DNA of 63,235 bases, filler included, from Perkinsus olseni (lineage: Eukaryota), in the NCBI GenBank assembly GCA_013115125.1. It is 3 parts of 3 records of this genome, joined end to end, with 100 filler letters (N's around TTAATTAATTAA, not from the genome) between each part and the next. Parts side by side here need not be neighbours in the genome. Positions count along the whole stretch, not along the records: positions 21,170 to 42,236 come from JABANN010000563.1; positions 42,337 to 63,235 come from JABANN010000564.1; 1 more part is not named here. The stretch is one strand, 5' to 3'. The notes under the pieces were generated by a model. That model saw only the letters and a program-made list of their open reading frames with translations. It had not been told where the DNA came from and made no database searches. Shown piece by piece: positions 37,380 to 49,032 of the stretch; the first letter of the stretch is position 1; every line of letters begins with the position of its first letter. The translations under genes were made by a program, and so were the position numbers.

Positions 37380-39366
37380 ATCCGTGGGTTGCCAGCTTCA
37401 ACCTAAGATACGCTAGGGTTCCTGCTTGAGTGTTGGTGAATGGCCTTTCGAAACGATAGGTGCCGCCCCTGGTGTGCTGATCGTGTTCGGAAGGCCCTCC
37501 CCTTCCTGTCGATGTTTAGTCTTTCTTCCTTTGCTTGTTCGTGTCCTGCTTCCCTCCTAGTTACCATTCTTCCACCGCCACGATTATTCTACTGCTGATG
37601 TCATTGCCTTTCCTTCACAACGCGCAATGAGTCGTTTCTACAGTTACTTGCTTCACTTCTGTGCGTAGAGTTGTAATCAATTGGGTTCCTTCCCGGGCCG
37701 AAACCGTTACGGTGCATGCTGGACTGAGTAATAAGTTGAGATTGGGTGTTACTACGACTACACACTAGGTATAGTCATCAGCTACAGCAGCTACACCCTC
37801 ATACTGGCTAGCACCCGCCCGGTCGAAGGGGTGATGCACAAGAAGAAAAAGACACACTAAGTTACGGGTAGTAGGAGGCTATTGGTCGAACAGTGGTGAC
37901 CGTCTGCTAACATCGCTGTGCGTGCTCACTTCCGTCAGCTATTACTCGTTTCTTTGCGGTTATGATGATGTCATTAAATGGCCTTCAAGAAAGACCACCG
38001 ACTGACGAGGAGACTGAGGGGTAGTTGACGAGGGGTGATACTGTAGCGTTGTAGTCCTCTCGCTGGCGCCATGCTCGCGCATCTCGGAGGTTGGTCTTGG
38101 CCCGTGAGTGTGTAACCGGCGCTGTCCTCAGGTGTAGTAGTAGTGGTAGTAGTACCCCAGAGTGCGGAGAAGGGTGGGATCTCTCTGTAAGAGATTCCCA
38201 GGCGTTGAACGGTTAAGCAATTCTAAGTTTCTTTGTTAAGGCTAAGCATGGGGTGGATCCTTGGCTACTGCGCCAACGCTTGTTGGACCTGCAGGAGCAT
38301 CGTCGAAGGAGGAGAAGGGCTGACCGCCGGAAGGTGGTAGTGACAATTTCGGGGCGCGCGACATTTTCTGTTCGGGTTCAGCGTCCATCGGGAGTCTTTC
38401 CAGCGGCTTTTGTGGTGACCCTAGTTGCCGCGGCAACCTGGATCAGCATGGTGGATCTGGTAGTATCTTAGGGAATCTTAGGTTGATCATGGGCAGTGAT
38501 GGAATTTTCCATCAGACTGTGAGTAACTTGGCGACCTTAATGGCGGCGCTGGCTGCTTTTGCCCTCGGCGTTTTCCTCGAGCGTCGTCATCAACAGTTGA
38601 CAGCAACTGAGAGGACAGCGTCGATTCATCCATCCACTAATGCTGAGCATGAGTTGGGTGAGGAGTGGTACTAGTGAAGGTTGGGGTTGTGTTATTATCA
38701 TGGTGCGGTAGCAGGCCCCTCGCCTACTTCTTTTCGGGCGTATTGCTTGTAAGGATTCCTGCTAGACAGGACTACTACCATAGACATTCTCACTAATATC
38801 AGATGGGAAATGGGCATAACAACGAATTAGGATGTGCTGGACGTGCGGTATGAACCGGTATGAAAGTCCTTAGAGAAAATCCCGACAACTTTCAGATCGT
38901 CATTGCGGCAGGAGGCAGACTAGGATAGTTTTGTACTACCTAGAGATAACGTACAAGGTGAAGATCCACCCCCACCCTCATAGTGAGAGGGATGCTGCAT
39001 CCTCAGGTGGGTGTCAGAATTATGCCCATCATCTTGACTCGATCCAAGTAGGCTACTAGCCGGCCCAAGGTTGTTGGGATCTCACGGACACGACAGCTGA
39101 ACAAGACTTAGGATTTTCAGTTTGGGGTCGCTGTGTGGACACTTCTAGGTATATCTTGATCAGAGTAAACAGCCCCGGTGGGGAAGATGAGGGCGGTTTT
39201 CTCGGAGGGACCGATCGAGGGTCTTTGGGGTTGTCCGATGAACCGACTTTGAGGTCGATTCTGGAGCCGTGTATTACACGTAAAAAACAATCTTAGAATC
39301 GATTCTGAATTTCAGAATCGCCTTTATCGGACACCAGTGGATTGCCCATCATTCTCACAGTAGTTG

Positions 39367-41138
39367 ATGTTTTTCAAGCCACCTTATGCAAAATGCAAAT
39401 GCGGTGACCTCACCACCACCTCCCTTCTCCCCAACCTCATCGTCGTCATCATCAGCTACGCAGTGTCTCTGTCGTCCATCCTCCTAGCCAAGTACGCAGC
39501 TGAGGAGGTCTACGGCGTCTCTGGCGTCGCCTCAGCTAGCACCATCGGGGTGAGGGCGCCCTGCGACTGCCGCTGTTCTCACAGCCGATCAGATCCTCGC
39601 CGGCCTGACCCTCCCGTCGCCCTACCGAGAGACCGCCTACGGGGCGAGTTTTGTCTCAGCATCAACGAATGGGGTCCGCCTACAGCGTCTCGCAGTTACC
39701 GAACTCCTTCCTGGCAGGCCTTCACCATCCAATGGGAGCCCTTCATCTGCTTCGTCTACGTCTGTGTCGTATTCTCCCTCCGCCACGCGCTGCTTGGGAT
39801 CGGAGGAAAGCTCGGTAGCCTCTCCCTCTGCCGTCACTGGGCAGCCTGTCCTGAGCAGGAATGATGGCCTACGTAGCCGGCCACATCAGCGCCCTCTTTA
39901 TCGTCCTAGTCGGCGCTGGTAGCTGGTCCACAACCAGTCTGGATCCCGATGATGCCTTTGAGTCCTGGTAATAGGGGTTCGTAGAGCCGACAGAGTATCG
40001 AGAAAGCCCGAAGCTTTTTCTTCTGAGACCCTGTCTATGCGCACCGGACCAATAATTGGTAGCTTATACGTTAAAGACGAAAGAGAAATTAAACCGTAGC
40101 TGTTGTTGTGGCGATAGGAGTCACTACAGCTGTCCCCTCTCCTGGAGGCCATCCTGTCTGTGTCAGGGTGGACTTCTGGTTTCGCTCCCATGCTGACGGC
40201 AACGTCCTCATCTCCACCATCATCACCATCTGCTTCGTGATTGCATGTGGAACTGCTAGTGTAATAACCCCGCTTCGCTCCGCCCTTGAAATGAGTCACG
40301 CTTTTCCTTTTTTCAGTCCCTCACCCTATGGTTGCATCTACATTTTGATAATCATCTATCCCCAGTAGTGGCCTCCTCCCTAGTCTCGCTGGCAGCCGGT
40401 CTGTTCTTGCCTCCCAGTACCAACCCTCTCATGTTCTTCATTTGGACTGGCTCCTTCGTCGGTGAGAACTAGTTGATCTGCGCCCACACTGTTACTTTTA
40501 TCATCTTCCGGCGTCACTCTTTTCGAATTACTCCTCCGCCACTACGTCGATTGAACTCGCTGTCGTATATCATTCGAAAGCTCGGGACTGTGTAGTTGGT
40601 AAAAAACGTAATCGCCTTCGTTGCCATTCTTGCAGCCAAAATTGTTGTATTTAGATCGTCCCGAAAAAATACAAAAATGCCGTGCCGGGGTTCGAACCCG
40701 GGAACGTCCGCTTTTTCGCTGTGAGGGTTCATCATGATTAGGTATGAGTGGCCCGGCAGCCTCTCCGGGAGCATACAGCATCATCACCGTCAAAGATTCT
40801 CCGGTCCTCTCTGACGTAACTTCGATATTTCTCACCGGACTCTGGGCTGGTATCTTATTGATATCATTTTGGTGGTGGACGGGCGAGATCGGCGGCCGCT
40901 ACGGCTTCATTGCATTCGTTGCCTGTACGCCTCTCGCAGCTCGGGTAAAGGCCGTCGATGCTTCCATCTCCCTTCAGGTATCACCGTCCACTTGCTCACA
41001 AAAATCCTCAGAAGAAAAGGCCCGGAAGCGGAGGAGTCTGGCGACGATACGGATGATATTGGAAAGGAGAACGCTGATTCAGAAGTCGAAGTCTTGTCGA
41101 GGCCAGCGGTCACTACTACTGGGTTCGAGTCGGTTTGA
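39367..41138 (+). CDS. Uncharacterised multi-pass membrane protein (copy 3, more divergent; true start may lie upstream)
   Basis: LLAKYAAEEVYGVSGVASASTIG, AFTIQWEPFICF, GIGGKLG, RVDFWF, GSFVGMS and GEIGGRYGFIAF. Confidence 0.8.
40678..40712 (-). other. tRNA 3'-half relic (T-arm/B-box) inside an intron, followed by oligo-T
   Basis: Minus strand CCGGG-TTCGAAC-CCCGG-CACGGCA-TTTTTGTATTTTTT; no A-box or D-arm upstream, so not a complete tRNA. Confidence 0.55.
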
Positions 41139-41427
41139 GAGAGAGTCGAGTTTCGGATATTTACTGTAGCATTTGTTTTTGGAACTGTCTCGTACTGCAT
41201 CATGTGCATGCGTGCAGATTTGCTATCGGTCGGCGCTGCCATTGACAGCCTCTGATCGCCCCTCACTGGTCCTCGCCATTTTTGTACTGTACTCGGTATC
41301 ACAGCAGCTCAGCTGTTATCCCTCCTCGGCCGTTTGTCCGGAGGGTCGGTACTGATCACCCGTGTAGGACGACCGAGTTGAGTTGAAGTACCCTACTGGT
41401 CTGCATGCAGCCTCAGTACTCCCCCCC

Positions 41428-42060
41428 ATGCAGCCCTGGCTTCTTATCGTACTACTCTCGCTGTCCTGGTCGTGTTGTATGATAAGCTGGGCGGTTCAGA
41501 TAGGATACAGTACACCGACTTTGAAGCATTTGGGCATGTCTGATGCCATGGTAAGGAGGCTCTCGCACGGCAGTGGAAGATTATCCATTGGAATGTCATT
41601 CTTGTCGGCAATGGGAAGAGGGGTCCTTCTGAATATTAATAAAGTCCTTGACTCAAGTTGTCCTCGAGGCTCGCTTAGCCCTGCCTGCATTTCAACGCTA
41701 CAGAGAGTCCCCAACTGAGCACGTCGGTTTCGAGTCTGACTAAGCCGAACCGGCGTTGGACGATAAACTCACAGCTACGAATGGAACGATTCGGCATTGA
41801 CACCTGCCCGTTATTATAGTCTTCATGCCTTGGTCATCAGTTCGAACCACATTAGAGTTTATAGTAACGGAGTCGATTTGGCGTTTCGGACTGCACGCAA
41901 GGTCAATGGACTGCTACAGTTGAACTTATCGATTATTGCTCACCCTTATCAGGTGTCATTCACGTGGCTGGCGGGCCCCCTCTCCGGTATGCTGGTCCAA
42001 CCAGTAGTCGGCGTCCTCTCCGATAGGGTCGGCCGTCGGCGTAAACCCTTCCTCTGTGCC
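41428..42060 (+). CDS. SUC/SLC45-type (GPH/MFS) sugar transporter, 5' part, truncated at contig end
   Basis: ISWAVQIGYSTPTLKHLGM|VSFTWLAGPLSGMLVQPVVGVLSDRVGRRRKPF; intron at 41551-41952. Confidence 0.88.
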
Positions 42061-42236
42061 GGTCAGCCCACCTCCACCCTGGGGGGCGGCGGCCGCGCGG
42101 GGGGGGGGGGGGGGGGGGGAGCGCGGGCGTCTCCATCTCGGGCGCGCCGCGCGGCGAGCCCCCCCGAGACTCGGGCCAAAAGTGGAGAAAAGGCACGCGG
42201 ATTCAAGCCACGCAGCCGTCGATCAATTTTTTCCCT

Positions 42237-42335
42237 NNNNNNNNNNNNNNNNNNNNNNNNNNNNNNNNNNNNNNNNNNNNTTAATTAATTAANNNNNNNN
42301 NNNNNNNNNNNNNNNNNNNNNNNNNNNNNNNNNNN
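42237..42335. other. Assembly gap with TTAATTAATTAA linker
   Basis: N run + linker at 42281-42292 + N run. Confidence 0.97.
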
Positions 42336-44283
42336 NCTTGTTGAGGAGGTCAGTGGCATCAGCACCGCTGTTGCGGGCCAGCGTACGAGGGATGCACTCG
42401 AGCGCTCTAAAGAGAAGACCGATGAGTCAACACTCACGAGCTCAGACCCCCACCTAGCGTAGTAATTAGTAACGGCCTGGTCAGCTCCAGTGCAGGTTCT
42501 GGAGTACTCCCGAAGGTAGCGCGACAGCTCGAGTTCAATGGCACCACCGCCACCAACAATCTAGAGACAAGGCAATGGCCCTTGAACACAGGGGACTGTC
42601 GTACCTTGGAGCACTTGAGGGCCCTCCTGACGATCATAACAGCATCGTGAAGAGAACGCTCAGCCTCCTCGATAAACTGAGCTGCGCCACCGCGCAGGAT
42701 GATGGTAGCTGAAAAGGAGGAGAACAATTTGAGACAAACCCCGCCCATCCAGATGGCGTTGGCATTACCACTCTTCGACTGGGGGCACTGGTGGAAGACG
42801 TTGTAGCGCTCATTGCCGATCTGGACCTCCTCGAAGCTCCCGCAAGTCCCGAGCACATCGGCAGTTAGACCGTTCACTGTGGTTTGGATCGACCCGCCGA
42901 CGGCCTGTGAGGACGACGGTGACAGGCAGGTCGACAGGGGTTGCGGCTTACCAAAAGCGTGCGGTTCATGTCGTCCTGATCGACCCTGCCAGCGCAGAAG
43001 ATGTTGCGATCGGCGAAGTACTGGGTGGCGAGGTCTCCGATGGGCAGGCGAGAGAGCACAACTTGGGCGCCGCTCTTGGCTATGTTATCAAGCTTCTCGT
43101 AGATGACGTTCCACTCAGCATCCACAATCTCTTGATACTCGTCCGGGTTCGAAATACGGACCTACCGCAGCACAAATATTCGGAAGGCCACCGAGGGGCG
43201 ACCGAGGCCTACCTCAGCGTTGTCCTTCTCTGCCTTCAACTCCAACTCCAAGTTCAGGAGGAGAATCTTGGGGTGCTTGAAGTACTTCGGCTGCTGCTCG
43301 AAACCTGACAGACGACGGTAGAGCTTGGAATGGTGACAGTGGTGCTGACCAGCATAGGAGAAGGTCTTCTTGAAAGCAACTCCATCGACGAGCCTGGACT
43401 CAGTCAGAGATCCGCCGGGGACCTTCTTGAAACCAATCATGTTGACAGGGAGGGAATCTTGGTCCAGCATCAGCACGGCAGACACGACCATGTCGGAAAA
43501 GAATCTGATGACGATCACCCGCCATAGACAACCCAGCTGCTGCTCATTGCTGTTATTACTTCTTCTGGCCACTGACGAGCTTGCTGTTGAGCGTGGTCTC
43601 TGCGCACTTGACCAGCATGGCTCTCTTCTCCTCCGGCGCCTTGGCCGTCAAATCCACGGCCAGCTCCTCGAGCTTGTCTGACAACAACACCATCCACTCT
43701 CCCCCCACACCGGAGCCAGTCTACTCAAGGCGAGCTCGAGGGCCTTGCGGTAGCCCTTGAGGAGGGCGCGAGGAGGCAGGCCCTCCTCCAGGAACATCTT
43801 GGCCTCCTTCAGGAGCTCAGCCGCCAGCAGCACAACCGATGTAGTGCCATCTCCGACCTGACAACACTTGCGATTTCCAACCCTCCCATACGGTCCTTCC
43901 CACCTCAGCGTCCTGAGCCTTCGAGATGTCGGACATGAGCTTGGCAGCCGGGTGGCTGATGTTGAGGAGACTCATGACGGTCGCGCCATCGTTGGTGATG
44001 GTCGGCTCTCGGTTCTCGGAGTGAATTAGCTTGTCCATACCCCTGGGACCTGCAGGAGACCATCAACCGCGAAGCCAGCCCAGAAGCAGCAGCAGCAGTA
44101 CCCAATGTCGTTCGGACGATGTCCGCGATAACCTCGCACGCGTTGATGTTAGAAATAATCTGAGGGATACCTGAGACACAGAAGAAGACACTGAGTGAGG
44201 AGGTCGGCGGGAGAGGCCGTGGTACCCTGGGAGGAGTCGGTGCCCTGCTTGAGGAGGATGATGTTGGGGCGAAGAGAAGTCAT
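42336..44283 (-). CDS. CCT7: Chaperonin CCT/TRiC subunit eta (3' end truncated at gap)
   Basis: [81 protein letters not shown] and [18 protein letters not shown]. Confidence 0.95.
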
Positions 44284-44406
44284 GATCGATTACAAGCCGA
44301 GAGATTGACGATGAGCCAAGAAACTGTCAAAAGATTCCAACACCACGGGCGGCAGTCTCCAACGCAACACAACGTCACAAATCACAACAACAACAACCGA
44401 GATCAA

Positions 44407-46254
44407 CTATTCATGGTATGCTTCAACGGTGTAGTCGCTAAGGTAGTGCCCTCCGCTGCTGCTGCTGGCCTTCACCGTAACAGCCACCCACGCCGCAGCC
44501 CCCCTACTCACCCAGGCCGCGTACCTAGCCCTTACGTCGCTGACTACCTCCCGATGGTCACAGAAAGCACAGGCATCCTCCCTGCCAGGACCTCCCCGAC
44601 GCGCCGCCGGGGGCCTGACAGACTCGCTGAGCGTCGCAGGTGGAGGAGGTCCAGCTGGTAACTTCACCGAGTTGCGCAGTAGAGAGGTTCTCGTATGGCA
44701 AACGTCAGGAGGCACCCCTCTCCCCGGAGGCTTGCCACGGATACTCAGGACGGCTTTCTGAGTATCTTTTCGGGCACGTAGGTCACGCTTAACCTCAACC
44801 CACAGCTTGAACAGACGTCGCTTCAAAAGATACCTTTCTCGCACTTGCTGTAGAGCCCTCCTTCGAGCTTCCGAGTACCCCTTCCCGGGCTGCCACGGTG
44901 GCAACACCTCCAACTTCGCCCGAGACCCTCCCACCACCCGGTGGGGTCGCCTCCGAGGTCTCACCGTAACACGTTTCAACCTCGGTGACATCGATGCTGA
45001 CCGCGGAGGTCGTTGGCCCAGTCTCTCAACGGCCACCTCGGTGTCAGACCACGAGCCACATGGTGGCCGTTTAGGTCCTTTCCGCCTCGGCAGTGGCCGT
45101 CGAAGGGCCGGGCAATTCTCCCCAAACGAAACAGTCTTACCTGATGGCGCTTTCCTGCATGGGAGCAAGGCCTTGGTGGGGCCTCTTGGCTTGATATCAC
45201 CCCTGATGGCTCTGAGGTCACTACCTGTGCAAGCTTTCGTCCGGACAGGCCCGAGCCGGAGAGGCCGTGTGCCGCGACTCGGGGGAGCCGTCGTCATCGC
45301 AGTTCTGCTTTTGGCCCACCTGACTGGCTTCGCAGAACCCTCAGCAGGAACCTCACGACGCCTTTGGAGAATCTTCAGAGTCTGCACGTGCGTGCTGATA
45401 CCAACTTTTCCGCAACTCCCGCGTTGGTCACCCTCGGTCGACCGTGGCGTTACCAGTGGCGTGAGGGAGACAGACGTCTCATGACCAACCGAATGAGCTG
45501 CCTCCTCCCTCGCAGGCCCTCTCTCCTCCCGCTTCACGCGATGTACCTGCATTCTGTCATATGCAAGCTTCAACCTAAGATGCGTACCTCCTGATGCAGC
45601 CTGTCCGCAGACACCAAAGTCCGTTCATCTCTCGACACAGAGCTGGACGAGCTCGAGTCCGGTATCACCCTCAACGGCCCCTGTATCAACTCCCAATTGC
45701 ACGAAACCTGAAGAAGGAAAATCCCAAAACTCACCGTCTGCCACGGCCAATCTCACCTCTAAGCCACGCTGCAGCGCTATGGGGTCTCCAACGTCGAATC
45801 GGCGAATATGACCGGGACTCGACCGGTCAGTATCGAAGTGACCACTAGGCTGCCTTGTATTGTGACCGAGCAGCTTCATCGAGGTCTCGCTGGTGGAGGA
45901 CGGACCATCACGGAAGGCACCACCATGACGGAGACCGGCCGGAGAAATGGTTGCACAAAGCTGCTGTCCCCTTTTGGCGCACGGGTCCGATACCACTCGT
46001 CTGTGGGTCAAGGGCCTCGGACACGGTAAGTCGGCAAGGAGCTCCTCCAAGGTACAGGCGGGTACATCTCTACAAGAGTGGCAGGGGTACTCTCCTACCA
46101 ACAACAGCAAAAGCTTCAGCGGAGCGAAGCGTTTCACGAATTGCATAATCGTACCAGCCAGCGACTGCCTCTCCCCCAGCTGTTCCTTGAGTAGCATCCT
46201 GACACACTCTTGCCTAACTCTGATGATATCCTCAGTGGCCGCGACCGATGGCAT
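44407..46254 (-). CDS. Hypothetical basic, low-complexity multi-exon protein
   Basis: ORFs 45625-46254 and 44407-45573 with plausible GT-AG introns between them; same strand as neighbours; no family recognised. Confidence 0.5.
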
Positions 46255-46443
46255 CAGGACCGCAGCATAGTCGAAAAATACACGAGCTGGGGACCCTCAG
46301 AAGCCGACCCCCTCCGCCCAACTCGAGCCTTTGAAGAATAAGAAAATGTCAGTACACGGTCTGGTGGTCGCCAGCTGCTGCATCAATAATACTCATCCGT
46401 AAAATTACACTTCCGGGAAAACACTCAGGACGCCCTAACTCTC

Positions 46444-48848
46444 TCAGCTAGCCTCGGTGATAGACAGTGATGGTGCTAACAGCCAACACAGTGGTATCTA
46501 AGGTTGATGCTAGTACTTGACAAAACGGGCGAAGCGAAGATTTCACCTGGCATAGTGCAATAGCAATGACGACATACTTGATGAGCACGCTAGTGTGACT
46601 GCCCGACACCTCCAGGTGGGCCTGCATGGCCGTCTTGTATCTACAACCAGTCCTCATCGGCCAACGACACTAGGAAGACGCTTACGTTGTGAAGTACTGT
46701 AGCGAGACTAGGCAGGCGTAGCCTGCTGCAAGGGAGAGGTAACCCAACAGGACCCACCAAAAATACGCCTGAAGGGAGGGTTTTGACCCTGGACCGACAC
46801 GAAGTGGCACTACCGTAGGGACCTTGCTAGACAACAGTATCCGTGCTATGCAGTACACTGACAGGTGGAAGTACTTATACCCGATAACGCAGACCAAGTC
46901 CAACAGTCGCAGACTGAAAGGAGACACATTGCCGCGGCACTCACTGGTCACCAGCACTCACCTCGTCATGTTGACAAAGTACCCAGCAGCCCTTGCCAGG
47001 ACGAGCTCGATGATAGACAGTACCTAACAGTGAGGCCTCTCAGGCTTAACACCCTCCTCCTCGGGAGACCTACCGCGGCAAAGGTTGCCGTGTCGTAGAG
47101 GATATCTGGATGGAAGGACCCGTCATCCGCCGCTCCCTGATGCAACAGCGTGGAGAGGGCCGACCAGAGGCGACAGAATCTTACCTTGATCACCGCAAAG
47201 GCCAGAACATAAGTAATGAAGCTCATCAACGGTATGTACATATCCGGCCGGCGATCGGGCACCTGACCACAGAATTTGCCCACAATCCCCCTACCACTCC
47301 TCCCCCTACAAATCGCAGAGCCACCCCCTCGTTCGGATCTCCTGATCGCTGCGTCGGTGCTTGCAACTGAAAACGTGCTACATGAGGCCCCGGGCTCGTT
47401 GGCCCTCGGGCCCAACCTACATTATCCATCTCGTTGGCGCCATCGCCGCTGTAGTGTCTCTGGTTCCGTCCCGGCTGAAACAACCGCCTGACAGGAGTCC
47501 TGGACGCCCGCGAAGGTCGACACTTCTTACTTGACGAAGGGCATCATCAAAAATAAGCACTTCCATTTCACGTAGCTGTGGGTGATGTTAAAATAGGGCC
47601 GCAAACCTGCAACACTATCACAACCGCCACCCATCAGAGCGCCTTAGTACTGTCGAAGCCCCAAGGGACGAACTTGGTCCACCCCGATTCCTCCGCTTGC
47701 TGGTACAGGTTTTGGCCTACCTGAACGCTGCTGACTACAGACGAGGACCCCCTCAACCACCACCTTACCTGGCTCATAACAGCCCCTACCATCTCATCAT
47801 TGTTGCTGTCTAAAAGACCATCATGATACCTTCGTACAACCACCAGTATTAGCCTCACTTCCCTGTCTTCCCTGGGCACCTCCAAACGCTGTCTTAGCCG
47901 CCGCGTTGAAGGCAGCACCCACAAGTTGGTCTGCAAAGCCTCCCCCAGACGAAGCCGACTGGGCACCTGCGCAGCACAAGGTTTAACCTCTTCCCGAACC
48001 AAGAGGCCCCCCTCCCTACCCTGATGCTCCTCATGATGCTGCTGCGGCTTCTGCTGCTGCTGGTGGTACCCGTCAGGCCCTGGGTGACCAGCAGAGGCCT
48101 TCGAGAAGGGCTGCGGCGATACACTACCGAATGGCGAGTGGACAGACTGTTGATGATGCTGAGGATCGTGGCCCATATTAGTCCGCGCCATACCCTGCGG
48201 TTCCGACTGACAGAAAAAATGGAGCAAGGCACGATAATGGCGAAAGCTCACCCCAGCTGCTGTCGAGCTGCCCCATGGGCTCTCCGCCCCGCTACTGCCA
48301 AAGCCACTCGGACCGCTAGGGTGACCTGCGTGATGATGAGCGCACTAAGCCTGTGAAGGCAGACGACGAGTGAGCGACGCCCTTGTCTAGCTCCCACCGT
48401 GATGACGTGGTTGAACGACGTTTGCACTCATGACGATAAAAAGCGAGCTCAACAGCAAAAACGTTCCGCAACGCTATGCGTAAATTATTCCGATCAAGAC
48501 GGTCCTAGTTCTCATAGGAACGATTTAAGCATCCCACCATTACCTGCGTGTTGCGTCTCCATTCCGGGAGCGTGCACTCTGTTCCACGGCGCAGTCACTC
48601 CTCCTCCTCCTCCTCCTCCACCTCCAGGCCCCGGAGCTGAGGTAGGGGCCGATGCAGCTGTCTGCATGGGCGAGGCTTGCTGATACCTATAAGGGAAGGG
48701 GGTAACGACCCAGGTTCGATCCCTGCACCTAGTACCATCCTGCTGAGCCTCCTCCCTGCTGTTGTTGCTGCTGTTGAGCGGCGAACGGATTCTGCCGTAC
48801 CCGAGTATTCGGTGCCGCCACTCCCCGCTGTTGGTGTTGCGCTGACAT
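46444..48848 (-). CDS. YIF1: YIF1/Hrf1 family ER-Golgi membrane protein with Q/G-rich N-terminus
   Basis: LRPYFNITHSYVKWKCLFLMMPF, PDMYIPLMSFITYVL, LLDLVCVIGYKY and C-terminal TM segments. Confidence 0.88.
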
Positions 48849-49032
48849 CCGGTAAAAGCGAAGCCAACTAAACCAGCAACCATGAGACCCAGGTTCGAAC
48901 CCCAGTCCCGACACCACAGGCCGTATATCAGACTGAAAGAATGATCAGAAACTAGCACTAGCAATATTAAATAGTACGCTCCGGCAAGTATCCATGGTAA
49001 AAATACTAACAGTTTTGGGTCTGTCGATCACC

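Noticed and set aside
38483-39240. Exon-like segments upstream of membrane-protein copy 3
   Set aside because: Could not splice them into a stop-free frame; may be its N-terminus or a separate decayed gene
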